Assembly (NCBI GenBank): GCA_049967475.1
Contig: JBMFSQ010000040.1
Location: 1-19,915 of the forward strand
Source: Chthonomonadales bacterium
GTDB taxonomy: Bacteria > Armatimonadota > Chthonomonadetes > Chthonomonadales > CAJBBX01
DNA length: 19,915 nt
Direction of reading: 5' to 3'
Part shown: positions 1 to 7,871 of the stretch, piece after piece
How positions within the stretch are numbered: the stretch's first letter is position 1
How the letters are laid out: the number at the start of each line of letters is the position of its first letter
The notes under the pieces: model-generated
The model's database searches: none
Told to the model about the DNA's origin: nothing
The model's input: only the letters and a program-made list of their open reading frames with translations
Position numbers and translations under genes: made by a program

Positions 1-324
1 ATGGGGGATGATTCCCCGTGTGCGCGTAATAAACGTTCGCCTGACCCGACCAAGTGCCAGGATTGCTGCGACGAGAAGCTGATAGATTGGCTGAAGAAGA
101 AGATCAAGAAGGGGTTGAAGGAGATTGTGGATTGCATTCACGATTGTGAGAAACAGTTCCCAAACCCTGCGGATGCCCCGGCTTTGGCGGAGTGCGTGCG
201 GGGGTGTGTGGGTCCCGGAGGCGGCTTGAGTGTGCCCATCAAACAGTATCTCGAATGCTGCTATAAATGGTGTGACGACACGCACGGCAGCTTTGACCCG
301 CCGGGTCCCTGCAAGCTGAAATGA
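1..324 (+). CDS. Cysteine-rich protein (12 Cys in 107 aa); possibly 5'-partial, e.g. the C-terminal tip of an RHS/polymorphic-toxin-like protein
   Basis: Open frame from base 1 to TGA at 322-324. Four CxxxC motifs (C19-23, C45-49, C65-69, C87-91) plus C7, C22, C86, C104. Lys-rich helix KLIDWLKKKIKKGLK. My hand count gives ~56% GC, below neighbouring genes. Upstream sequence is not visible, so the ATG at 1 may be internal. Confidence 0.7.
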   Translation: MGDDSPCARNKRSPDPTKCQDCCDEKLIDWLKKKIKKGLKEIVDCIHDCEKQFPNPADAPALAECVRGCVGPGGGLSVPIKQYLECCYKWCDDTHGSFDPPGPCKLK

Positions 325-382
325 CAGGTGTGTCAGGAGCGGTACGTGGGGGTTATCTGACCGTCAAGAAGGGGATGCGGAG

Positions 383-1525
383 ATGAACGATGGCAGGTGG
401 ATAGGCTTCTGGCGCAGCGGCTGCATCGCGTTAGCGATTTCGTGCATGCCGGTAACAATTCCGGGACGGTATGCGGGCGGGGTTGGGCGGCCTGTCGAAG
501 GTACGGCGGATCCGCGGCACGGCCGGGATCACAATTGGATGCCGTACGTCGCTCCATCCGGCAAATGGGTTCTCCTGATGGATAGTCAGACTGGCCGCCT
601 GTTGCTTCAGGCGCTTCCTGACGGAAAGCGCCGTCGGCTCCCAAACAAATGGAGGGTGCGTTGCCTATGGGGAGCGCCCTGGTCGCGCGACGGGGACACC
701 TTCTTTCTGGTGGTGCCCGGCGATGGCCGGCCGATCGGGCCGCGTCTCCCCGGGGACGATGTACTGGCCATTCGCCCTGGCGATTTGACGTCTGCGCGCA
801 TCGGGCTACGTGGCATCGTCGTCGTGGGATCCGTGGTGCCGTCGCCGAACAACAGGATGTTGGCGGCCACCGTGATGGGGGATCGCGACGTTTCGTCCGG
901 ACTGATGATTGTGCCGTTGACACGCCGTGCCGAACGCACGACCACAACGAATGGATACCGCGTCGCATTCCGGCACGACGTTGAAGCCATTGCGTGGATT
1001 AGGCCGGAACTGATGGCGGTCTTGACCGGAGGTTTCGATCTTGCGAAGATTGGCGCGCCACAGTTTCGCCGCAAGATGCTGGACCCTCAGATGTGGCGCT
1101 GGGGCGTTTTTCTTTTGGATGCGATCTCCGGGCGCAGTCGGCCCTTAATCTTGCCCGGTTCCCAGCGGCTCAGTGCGTTGGCTCCGTATTCGGATAGTAC
1201 GGGTGCGCTGATTGCATTGGCGCACGATCGGACCCGAACGACGGTGTATCGCCTGGACTTGCGGAACGAAGGTTGGGCAGACGTGGGAGAACTCCATGGG
1301 GCGCAGAAGTGGTTCATTGCCTATGCAAATCCCGACCGCATCTATTTTTGGTCTTACGCGGGTGCCGGTCGGCGGGCCGTGCAGGTCGCTACGTATCGGC
1401 CGTCGCAGCGTATGCTGGAGCCGCCTCGCCCGATCAGCGTCAGAGGTCCCATCAGCACGGACAGAGCAGGCAGGATCTATTGGTGGGATGGGAGCCGTGT
1501 GATGCGCCGGTCGCCCATCGGATGA
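383..1525 (+). CDS. Putative exported beta-propeller (TolB/PD40/WD40-like) hypothetical protein
   Basis: 380-aa ORF with purine-rich upstream sequence (aagaaggggatgcggag). Hydrophobic N-terminus ending IALAISC (weak lipobox). Blade-like motifs PYVAPSGKWVLL, PWSRDGDTFFLV, VVPSPNNRMLAA and STDRAGRIYWWD. Confidence 0.65.
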   Translation: MNDGRWIGFWRSGCIALAISCMPVTIPGRYAGGVGRPVEGTADPRHGRDHNWMPYVAPSGKWVLLMDSQTGRLLLQALPDGKRRRLPNKWRVRCLWGAPWSRDGDTFFLVVPGDGRPIGPRLPGDDVLAIRPGDLTSARIGLRGIVVVGSVVPSPNNRMLAATVMGDRDVSSGLMIVPLTRRAERTTTTNGYRVAFRHDVEAIAWIRPELMAVLTGGFDLAKIGAPQFRRKMLDPQMWRWGVFLLDAISGRSRPLILPGSQRLSALAPYSDSTGALIALAHDRTRTTVYRLDLRNEGWADVGELHGAQKWFIAYANPDRIYFWSYAGAGRRAVQVATYRPSQRMLEPPRPISVRGPISTDRAGRIYWWDGSRVMRRSPIG

Positions 1526-1597
1526 GCAATGTTCGGGCACGTTCCTAGGGTGCAAGTGTCCTTGCACGGAGAGCGGAACCATCACCCATAAGATCTC

Positions 1598-2065
1598 ATG
1601 TTGCCTTCGCTTCCGGGGTGGACCGTCAAGGTTGTCCGCGGTACTCCTCTGAGCAGCGTGACGTATTCGGCACGGCAGGGCAACGAGCGCCTCACGATCA
1701 AGATCTTGGTGAGCCGCATCCCTGCCGACGTCAATCCATCGGCGATCAAACTGGGACCGGCTTTAGGCCAGGATGCAAGGCAACGACTGGGCATGGCTGG
1801 GTTCAAGGTTAGGTCCGTGCGAACCGGCCGCACTCGTTTCTTGGGTGACGATGCGGCGTCGGAGCAGATCTCGGGCATGGATCGCGGAGTGCCGTTTCAC
1901 ACGTCGCGTTACGCCTTCCGAAATGGCCGCGAGGAATATTGGTTCTGCGCAACGATCACAGGCAGACCAGCCGGTGATGCGGCCAAGCGGCGCATGGAGT
2001 ATGCCGTCGCGGCGCTCAAACAGGGCATCCGCAAAGTGCGCGCGCACGCCCCCGGCGTAAGATAG
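1598..2065 (+). CDS. Hypothetical protein with PsbP/Mog1p (DcrB/DUF1795)-like pattern; possibly 5'-disrupted
   Basis: N-terminal LPxxPGW, alternating beta-strand segments, FLGDDA turn and a C-terminal amphipathic helix. No clear SD before ATG 1598. An in-frame upstream ATG at 1529 is separated from it by a single TAA (1589-1591). Confidence 0.55.
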   Translation: MLPSLPGWTVKVVRGTPLSSVTYSARQGNERLTIKILVSRIPADVNPSAIKLGPALGQDARQRLGMAGFKVRSVRTGRTRFLGDDAASEQISGMDRGVPFHTSRYAFRNGREEYWFCATITGRPAGDAAKRRMEYAVAALKQGIRKVRAHAPGVR

Positions 2066-2347
2066 ACTGTCGCCTGGCCGCCGCCGGCGTAGGTGCTCTC
2101 CGGTTCGTTAGGCAGGACGTCGGGTCCGGCGGTGCCGGGGGCGGTCAGCCCTCGGTTCTGCCGGCCCCGCCCTCGCCGCGTTGCGCCATGTTCTCCAGCC
2201 GAAATCGGCGTCCCTCTCAGCCGGCCGGGAGGCAGTCGTGCGTGCACCGCCATGAGCGACATGTTCTGCGCTGCCATCCTAACCGGAGGCGGGGCCGGCG
2301 CCGCTTGGGCCCTGCGGCTTCTTGCCCCCTGGGCGCCATTCGCCCGC

Positions 2348-2377
2348 TTGACGCCGCTGCCTCTGGCGCGTTACACT
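2348..2377 (+). promoter_or_regulatory. Putative sigma70-type promoter for the HEAT/PhyH/GH/permease genes
   Basis: TTGACG (2348-2353), 18-bp spacer, TACACT (2372-2377), followed by SD AGGAGG (2394-2399) and GTG at 2407. Confidence 0.6.
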
Positions 2378-2406
2378 GCATCATCCTTGCTTAGGAGGAT
2401 CGGATT

Positions 2407-3477
2407 GTGCGAGCCCGACCCGATAGCATTCTTCTGATCCTTGTCGTATGCATGGCGTTGGCTAGTGTAACGAGCGCCCGCGCGCAACAGCGGCAGAGCC
2501 TCACCACACTCTACCAGAACGAAATGGCCCAGGCTGTGCGCGATCTCAACTGGAAGGGGCCGAAGCTGTCCGACAACACGCTCCTCGCTCTCTGCGCGTC
2601 GGGCGTGTCGTGGATGCCCAAATGGCAATCCCCCGCTCTGTTCCAGGGCGCCGGAAAGCACTTGCGCTACGCAGATGCCAAGGGAAGGCTCGCAGGATAT
2701 CTTGCGGCAAAGCAATCGGATGACAATAAGCTCGCCATCCCCTATGCTTTAAGCATTGCACTGGATCCGGATGACCTGGGCAGGGCGATGTGGACCGATA
2801 TTCGCAGCTATCTGGGCAGCTTTGACGAGGATTATGACGACATCCTCATGGGCATCGAGGAAGCGCCTCGCGATCTGCCTTTGCTGTCGCTATACCAATA
2901 CGCCGCTGCGGATCTCCTGGTTCGGCGGGCGTCCCCACAGCTTATCCCCTTCCTCCTAACGATGGCCTCATCCGGAGATGCTTACCTGCGCAGCCGCGCT
3001 GTCGCTGCTCTCGGCATCGCTGCGTATGACCCGGCCACCGGTCCCTTCTGGTTCGGCGACATCCCGATCAAGGCAAGGTCCATCAGCGCCAATCAGCGGA
3101 GGATGGTTACCTATACCTTGCGGAGGGCCACAACCGACGGGAATTACCGCGTGCGTGCCGCCGCTGCGTTTGCGATGGGATTAGCTGGGGGCCAAGGCGA
3201 TATCCCCTTTTTGGAGATGCTCACCGGTGATCCTGCCTTCACGCTGGTTTCCTCGGAATACGGACGACGGACGTACATTTACCCGGTGCGGAAGGAGGCA
3301 GTCGAAGCCCTTTCGCGGCTGGGCAAAAGAGTGTCGTGCATAGACACCGTTAGCGGCGATACCAGGGAGGAGGTGTCGGCCTATCTCAAAGGCGGACGCG
3401 ACGTTACACACGACACGTCCGGGATGCGCAAGGACCAAATCCGCCACGTACCCCCTATTTCAATAAACAAGTGGTGA
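2407..3477 (+). CDS. Exported HEAT/PBS-lyase-like repeat protein
   Basis: GTG start with AGGAGG SD. Signal peptide SILLILVVCMALASVTSARA|QQ. HEAT-like repeats DAYLRSRAVAALG, NYRVRAAAAFAMG and YPVRKEAVEALSRLG. Confidence 0.8.
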   Translation: MRARPDSILLILVVCMALASVTSARAQQRQSLTTLYQNEMAQAVRDLNWKGPKLSDNTLLALCASGVSWMPKWQSPALFQGAGKHLRYADAKGRLAGYLAAKQSDDNKLAIPYALSIALDPDDLGRAMWTDIRSYLGSFDEDYDDILMGIEEAPRDLPLLSLYQYAAADLLVRRASPQLIPFLLTMASSGDAYLRSRAVAALGIAAYDPATGPFWFGDIPIKARSISANQRRMVTYTLRRATTDGNYRVRAAAAFAMGLAGGQGDIPFLEMLTGDPAFTLVSSEYGRRTYIYPVRKEAVEALSRLGKRVSCIDTVSGDTREEVSAYLKGGRDVTHDTSGMRKDQIRHVPPISINKW

Positions 3478-3544
3478 GAAGGGGCGGCAGAACGGCATCC
3501 GCAATCATGGACCACGGGGTACATCATTACGAGGAGGCAGCACC

Positions 3545-4441
3545 ATGGAAGAACCGATCACGTGCAACGAATTGCTTCTGCGCCCGTCTGCGCTTAGGGA
3601 GCATGCCGATCAGTCCGGGTACCTTTTCTTCAGACACTTGGTGGATCGCGCAGCCATCGAGAAAGTGCGCCGTGGCATCTTGGCCCTATGTGCCCGAGCA
3701 GGATGGCTGGCCGCCGGAACGGATCCCGCAGAAGGCATCGCAGCGCCTGGGGTTGCCTTTGTGGAGCCGCAGCCGCAGTTCATGGAGGTGTACGATCAGG
3801 TGATGCGTCTGGAAAGCTTCCACGCCTTGGCGCATGATGCCGGCCTTACGGCCGTGTTCCAGGCGCTCTTTGGCGAAACCGTTCTCGTTCATCCCCGCAA
3901 TATTGCCCGCATCATCTTTCCCCATAATGTGCGCTTCACCACGCCGGCCCACCAGGATTACGTGCACATCCAGGGCACACAGAACACTTGGACGGCTTGG
4001 ATCCCTCTGGGAGATTGCCCGCGGGATCTGGGTGGCCTGGCTGTAATGCCCGGAAGCCACCGCAATGGCGTCTACCCGGTTCACTCCGCCTACGGAGCCG
4101 GTGGACTTGGTATCAATACCGACGTGCTTCCCTTCGGCTGGGTCACTACAGATTACCGCGCCGGTGACGCGATCCTCTTCCATAGCCTCACCGTTCACAA
4201 AGCACTGCCCAACCTTACGGACCGCCGCATCCGCCTCTCCACCGACTTCCGGTACCAGCCGGCGTCGGAGCCGGTTACCCAGGCTTCGCTGCTTCCCCAT
4301 TACGCGCGCCTCACCTGGGATGAGATCTACTCCGGATGGACCTCCGCACGGTACCAATATTACTGGCGCGGCTTGCCCCTCACGATCGCGGAATGGACGC
4401 CCCAGTTCCATCAATCTGCCGAACCTCAACAGAAGGGATGA
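3545..4441 (+). CDS. Phytanoyl-CoA dioxygenase (PhyH) family Fe(II)/2-oxoglutarate dioxygenase
   Basis: SD GAGGAGG (3531-3537). Motifs GYLFFR, TPAHQD (HxD), WIPLGD, GGLAVMPGSH, GDAILFHSLTVH (distal His) and RLSTDFR (2OG-binding Arg). Confidence 0.93.
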   Translation: MEEPITCNELLLRPSALREHADQSGYLFFRHLVDRAAIEKVRRGILALCARAGWLAAGTDPAEGIAAPGVAFVEPQPQFMEVYDQVMRLESFHALAHDAGLTAVFQALFGETVLVHPRNIARIIFPHNVRFTTPAHQDYVHIQGTQNTWTAWIPLGDCPRDLGGLAVMPGSHRNGVYPVHSAYGAGGLGINTDVLPFGWVTTDYRAGDAILFHSLTVHKALPNLTDRRIRLSTDFRYQPASEPVTQASLLPHYARLTWDEIYSGWTSARYQYYWRGLPLTIAEWTPQFHQSAEPQQKG

Positions 4442-6888
4442 CCGCCTCGCTGGGAATATCGCACGCGATGCCGGACGAGAACATAGTCTATCTTTTGACC
4501 TACGATCATGGCGGTGTCATCCTCTGGGGCGCCGATCACTTCGCGGAACGCCTCCGCGATGCGGTAGCCTGGCTCAAACGGTACCCTTCCTTCAAGATCG
4601 GACTGGAGAATGAAGCGTATGCCTACGACGCCCTTGCAGAGCGCCACCCCGAGCTTCTCGAGGAACTGCGCGCGTATCTGAGCCGCTTCCGTGGGCGGCT
4701 GGGCATCGGAACCTGCACCTACGGCCAGCCCCTCTCCACGTTCATTGACGATGAATCCAACATCCGCCAAATCGCCTATGCCCGGCGAACGAACCTTTTG
4801 CGCCTGGGATGCACTCCGGCCATCTATTTGATGAGTGAGCATGCCCATCACTGCCAGATACCCCAGATCCTGGCGGGTTTCGGCTTCCAGGGCGCCATAA
4901 TGCGAACGCACTTCATGATGTATGGGTACAACCCTACCTTCGATCTCCCCATCGGCTGGTGGGTAGGGGTAGACGGATCGCGCATCCCTGCAATCCCCAC
5001 CTATCCGGGCGAGGGTGCAGCCTTCGGCAAGACCACGTCGGATAACTGGATCCTCACGCGCTACCCGGGTCCGGAATGCTCCACGAGTTTGGAGGAATGG
5101 CAGGCGCAGTTCCGCCATATCCGCCCGCTTCTGGCATCGCGCGCCGATGATGCCGGACTTCGCCGGGAGGATCTGGTGCGGCAACTGGAGGGAAAGTACG
5201 GCTTTCGATGGATCCTGCTGGAAGAGCTCCTTGAAGCGTTCCCTAAGCCGGTCCAAGAGATGCCAACCGGACCCAATGACTTCCACACCCGGATGCCCTG
5301 GGGGTATTGCGGCAACGAAATCTGGGTGAAGAACCGGGCCGCCGAAACCGAGGTTCTCGCCGCCGAGCGCCTGGCTGCCCTCGCCCGTATGTCCGGCGCG
5401 CCTTCGCAGGAACCGGGTCTGGAGCGAGCTTGGAAAAACCTCTTGACGGCTCAGCATCACGACATTCAGATCTGCGGCCTCCTTGACGATGCCCGGCGCT
5501 TCCTGGGGGCTTCGTTGGATGCATCCCGCCGCGTCGCAGGGCTATCCTTGGAGTACCTGGCGAACCGGATGTGTGCCCGTGGATGCGCTCAGATTACTCT
5601 GTTCAACCCCCTGAGCTTTTCCCGCAGTGAATGGGTCGCTGCAGACATTGTCGTGCCTGCAGGGGCTGCAGACCGCCTGACCGTCCGCAGAAACGGGCGC
5701 AGCATCCCCTGCCGCTTGCTGGGGGAGCGCCATTCGGAGGACGGATCGTCCCGCGTGGTTACCCTGGCCTTCCGCACCAAAGTGAACGCGCTGGAAACTG
5801 TGGCGTGTTGCGCTGTCCCAGGCGACGCCCAGGCGCTGCCCGAAGTCTTCCGGTGGGATGCGCATCGCCGGACCCTTGCCACGCCCTTCCATCATCTTAA
5901 TCTCGACGGCAGGGGCTTTATAGCCCGGATTGCCGACGCGCAAACCGGCCGCACTCTGTTGGGGGGACCTTCCGGGGCATGCTTCATCGCCGGGACCATC
6001 GAAAGCGCTCATCACGCGTCCGTGGGTTCGTGGGATCCTGTACCGAAGGCTGCTGCGGCTCCATACGTGCAGCTTCACTCCGCAGGAACTGTGGGACCGA
6101 TCCCCTATGAGTGGCGAGTGACGCTCCACGCCCACACTCCGAGGATTGACATGCGGCTCCGCTTCCGCTTCGACGGCGAAAAGATCGGAAGGCCCACTCA
6201 GAACCAGCGAGACGCTGTGAGCCCCTTCGTGCACGCCGAGAAGCTGCGCCTCAAGATCTTCCCGCTGCTCCAGGGCAAAGTGGTTGCCGCGCGTCACCTG
6301 CCCTTCGTGATTGCCGAAGGCGACCCTGAGGCCGCCGATGGGGTCTATTGGTGCGCGGCAGCAAGCAACGAAAGCGGTGTCGCGGTGTTCAACCGGGGAA
6401 GCATGGGCATCATCCGCGAAGAGGATGGGGCCTTCTCCATTCCCCTGGCCTATGCCCATTACTACATCTGGGGCACCAGGATGCTCCACGGGGAGTACGA
6501 GTACGAGCTTGCTCTGTACCCGTTCCGCGGCAAGTGGCAGCGGGTTGATCTCCACCGGCGCGCACTGGAATACCTCTTCCCGCTTCGCGTTCACACAGGG
6601 GCGCCCGGCGATGCGACCTTGGGGACCTCGTGGAGCCCCATACGGCTGGCAGCCGATGGCGTTGTGCTGACGGCTCTCTACCCCGAGCAAGAGAACATCA
6701 TCGCGCGCCTAGCCGAATACCGGGGCCGCCGCTCCTGGGCAAGAATGGACCTTCCCGCCGGCGCCTCCCTCACGGAGGTGGATCTCGCCGGCCGCTCCCT
6801 AGGCCGGCCTCAGCAGCCGCTGCATTTCGATCCCTGGCGCATCCGCACCTTCCGCATCGAAACCGGCGCAAAGGGGCCGCAACCATGA
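4438..6888 (+). CDS. Divergent glycoside hydrolase of the GH38/GH57-like (beta/alpha)7 group with alpha-mannosidase-like architecture
   Basis: ATGA overlap with the PhyH stop (4438-4441); alternative ATG at 4468. GH38-type motifs ESNIRQI, QIPQILAGFGF, WWVGVDGSRI, AWKNLLTAQHHD and C-terminal IIARLAE...PWRIRTF. The canonical HxD and DxFG motifs are not recognisable. Confidence 0.8.
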   Translation: MTASLGISHAMPDENIVYLLTYDHGGVILWGADHFAERLRDAVAWLKRYPSFKIGLENEAYAYDALAERHPELLEELRAYLSRFRGRLGIGTCTYGQPLSTFIDDESNIRQIAYARRTNLLRLGCTPAIYLMSEHAHHCQIPQILAGFGFQGAIMRTHFMMYGYNPTFDLPIGWWVGVDGSRIPAIPTYPGEGAAFGKTTSDNWILTRYPGPECSTSLEEWQAQFRHIRPLLASRADDAGLRREDLVRQLEGKYGFRWILLEELLEAFPKPVQEMPTGPNDFHTRMPWGYCGNEIWVKNRAAETEVLAAERLAALARMSGAPSQEPGLERAWKNLLTAQHHDIQICGLLDDARRFLGASLDASRRVAGLSLEYLANRMCARGCAQITLFNPLSFSRSEWVAADIVVPAGAADRLTVRRNGRSIPCRLLGERHSEDGSSRVVTLAFRTKVNALETVACCAVPGDAQALPEVFRWDAHRRTLATPFHHLNLDGRGFIARIADAQTGRTLLGGPSGACFIAGTIESAHHASVGSWDPVPKAAAAPYVQLHSAGTVGPIPYEWRVTLHAHTPRIDMRLRFRFDGEKIGRPTQNQRDAVSPFVHAEKLRLKIFPLLQGKVVAARHLPFVIAEGDPEAADGVYWCAAASNESGVAVFNRGSMGIIREEDGAFSIPLAYAHYYIWGTRMLHGEYEYELALYPFRGKWQRVDLHRRALEYLFPLRVHTGAPGDATLGTSWSPIRLAADGVVLTALYPEQENIIARLAEYRGRRSWARMDLPAGASLTEVDLAGRSLGRPQQPLHFDPWRIRTFRIETGAKGPQP

Positions 6889-7751
6889 TCCCTCAGCAGC
6901 GGGCAAAACTCCCGGGCGCAAAGCAGATGCGGCTCCTGGCCGGCCGTCTGGCTACCTATGGCGTTTTGGTGCTCCTCTCCATGGTGTTTGTTGCACCCTT
7001 CCTATGGATGGTGTCCACCTCTCTTAAACCGGATACCCAGGTCTTCAGCGAGAAGGTTCAGTGGGTGCCGCACCCCTTCGTTTGGTCCAACTATCCCCTG
7101 GCGCTGCAGTCCTTTCCCTTTCTGCTCTACCTGAGAAACACGCTCTTCATCTGCACGATGACGATGGCGGGTGTGGTGGTGTCCTCTACACTCCCAGCCT
7201 ATGGGTTTGCACGTTTGAGATGGCGCGGCCGGGACGCCCTTTTCCTGGTTCTCGTAATGACCATTATGCTGCCCGCCCAGGTCACGATGTTGCCGGTGTT
7301 TCTGATCTTTCGAGCACTTCACTGGACGGGTACGTTCCTACCCCTCATCGTGCCGCCGTTCTTGGGGAGCGCCTTTTCGATCTTTCTTCTGCGCCAGTTC
7401 CTGCTGACGATCCCGCAGGAGCTCTCCGACGCGGCCAGAATTGACGGCTGTTCGGAGTTGGGCATTCTCCTGCGCATCATCGTACCCATGGCGAAGCCTG
7501 CCGTGGCTACGGTGGCGTTGTTTGCCTTTACAGGAGCCTGGATGGATTTCATGGGGCCGCTCATCTACCTGCACGATGAGCGCAGCTACACCCTGGCCAT
7601 CGGATTGCAGGCGTTCCTGGGGCGCCACGGCGGGGAATGGAACCTGCTCATGGCCGCAGCCACGGTGATCACTCTACCCATGCTCGTGCTGTTCTTCTTC
7701 GCTCAGCGCACCTTCATCCAGGGGATTGCTCTAACAGGAATGAAGGGCTGA
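6885..7751 (+). CDS. Carbohydrate ABC transporter permease (MalG/CUT1 type)
   Basis: ATGA overlap with the GH stop (6885-6888). Motifs PFLWMVSTSLK, WSNY, EAA loop IPQELSDAARIDGCSE and C-terminal FFFAQRTFIQGIALTGMKG. About six hydrophobic segments. Confidence 0.95.
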   Translation: MIPQQRAKLPGAKQMRLLAGRLATYGVLVLLSMVFVAPFLWMVSTSLKPDTQVFSEKVQWVPHPFVWSNYPLALQSFPFLLYLRNTLFICTMTMAGVVVSSTLPAYGFARLRWRGRDALFLVLVMTIMLPAQVTMLPVFLIFRALHWTGTFLPLIVPPFLGSAFSIFLLRQFLLTIPQELSDAARIDGCSELGILLRIIVPMAKPAVATVALFAFTGAWMDFMGPLIYLHDERSYTLAIGLQAFLGRHGGEWNLLMAAATVITLPMLVLFFFAQRTFIQGIALTGMKG

Positions 7752-7822
7752 ACCTATGCCGGCGGGTATACCGGCCGAAGCATCGGAAATCGCGGGCCGG
7801 GACGCGTGTCCCTGAAAGATCG

Positions 7823-7859
7823 CGGGTGTGCAGCAGAGCGTGCGTCTCCTGCACACCCG
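7823..7859. terminator. Hairpin between convergent genes, possible bidirectional terminator
   Basis: Perfect 11-bp inverted repeat CGGGTGTGCAG (7823-7833) / CTGCACACCCG (7849-7859), extendable by AGA/TCT after a C.C mismatch. No strong U-tract on either strand. Confidence 0.5.
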
Positions 7860-7871
7860 GGGAAAAGGCTT

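Noticed and set aside
1..324. c-type cytochrome, ferredoxin or metallothionein
   Set aside because: No CxxCH (CIHDC does not fit) and no CxxCxxC. The spacing is helical CxxxC in a Lys/Leu-rich helical context.
1909..2437. ORFs 1909-2277 (-), 2093-2437 (+) and 2188-2394 (+)
   Set aside because: No SD or motifs, composition typical of non-coding GC-rich frames, and they overlap a gene or the promoter.
4336..4437. Longer ORF-track starts (4336, 6630, 8870, 13126, 15246, 16516, 16827, 17999, 19066)
   Set aside because: The extensions overlap neighbouring genes or promoters and lack SD sites. Downstream starts have SDs, stop/start overlaps or family-typical N-termini.
4426..6690. Minus-strand ORFs 4426-5460 and 5542-6690
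   Set aside because: Shadows of the GH38/57-like gene, with no SD or motifs.
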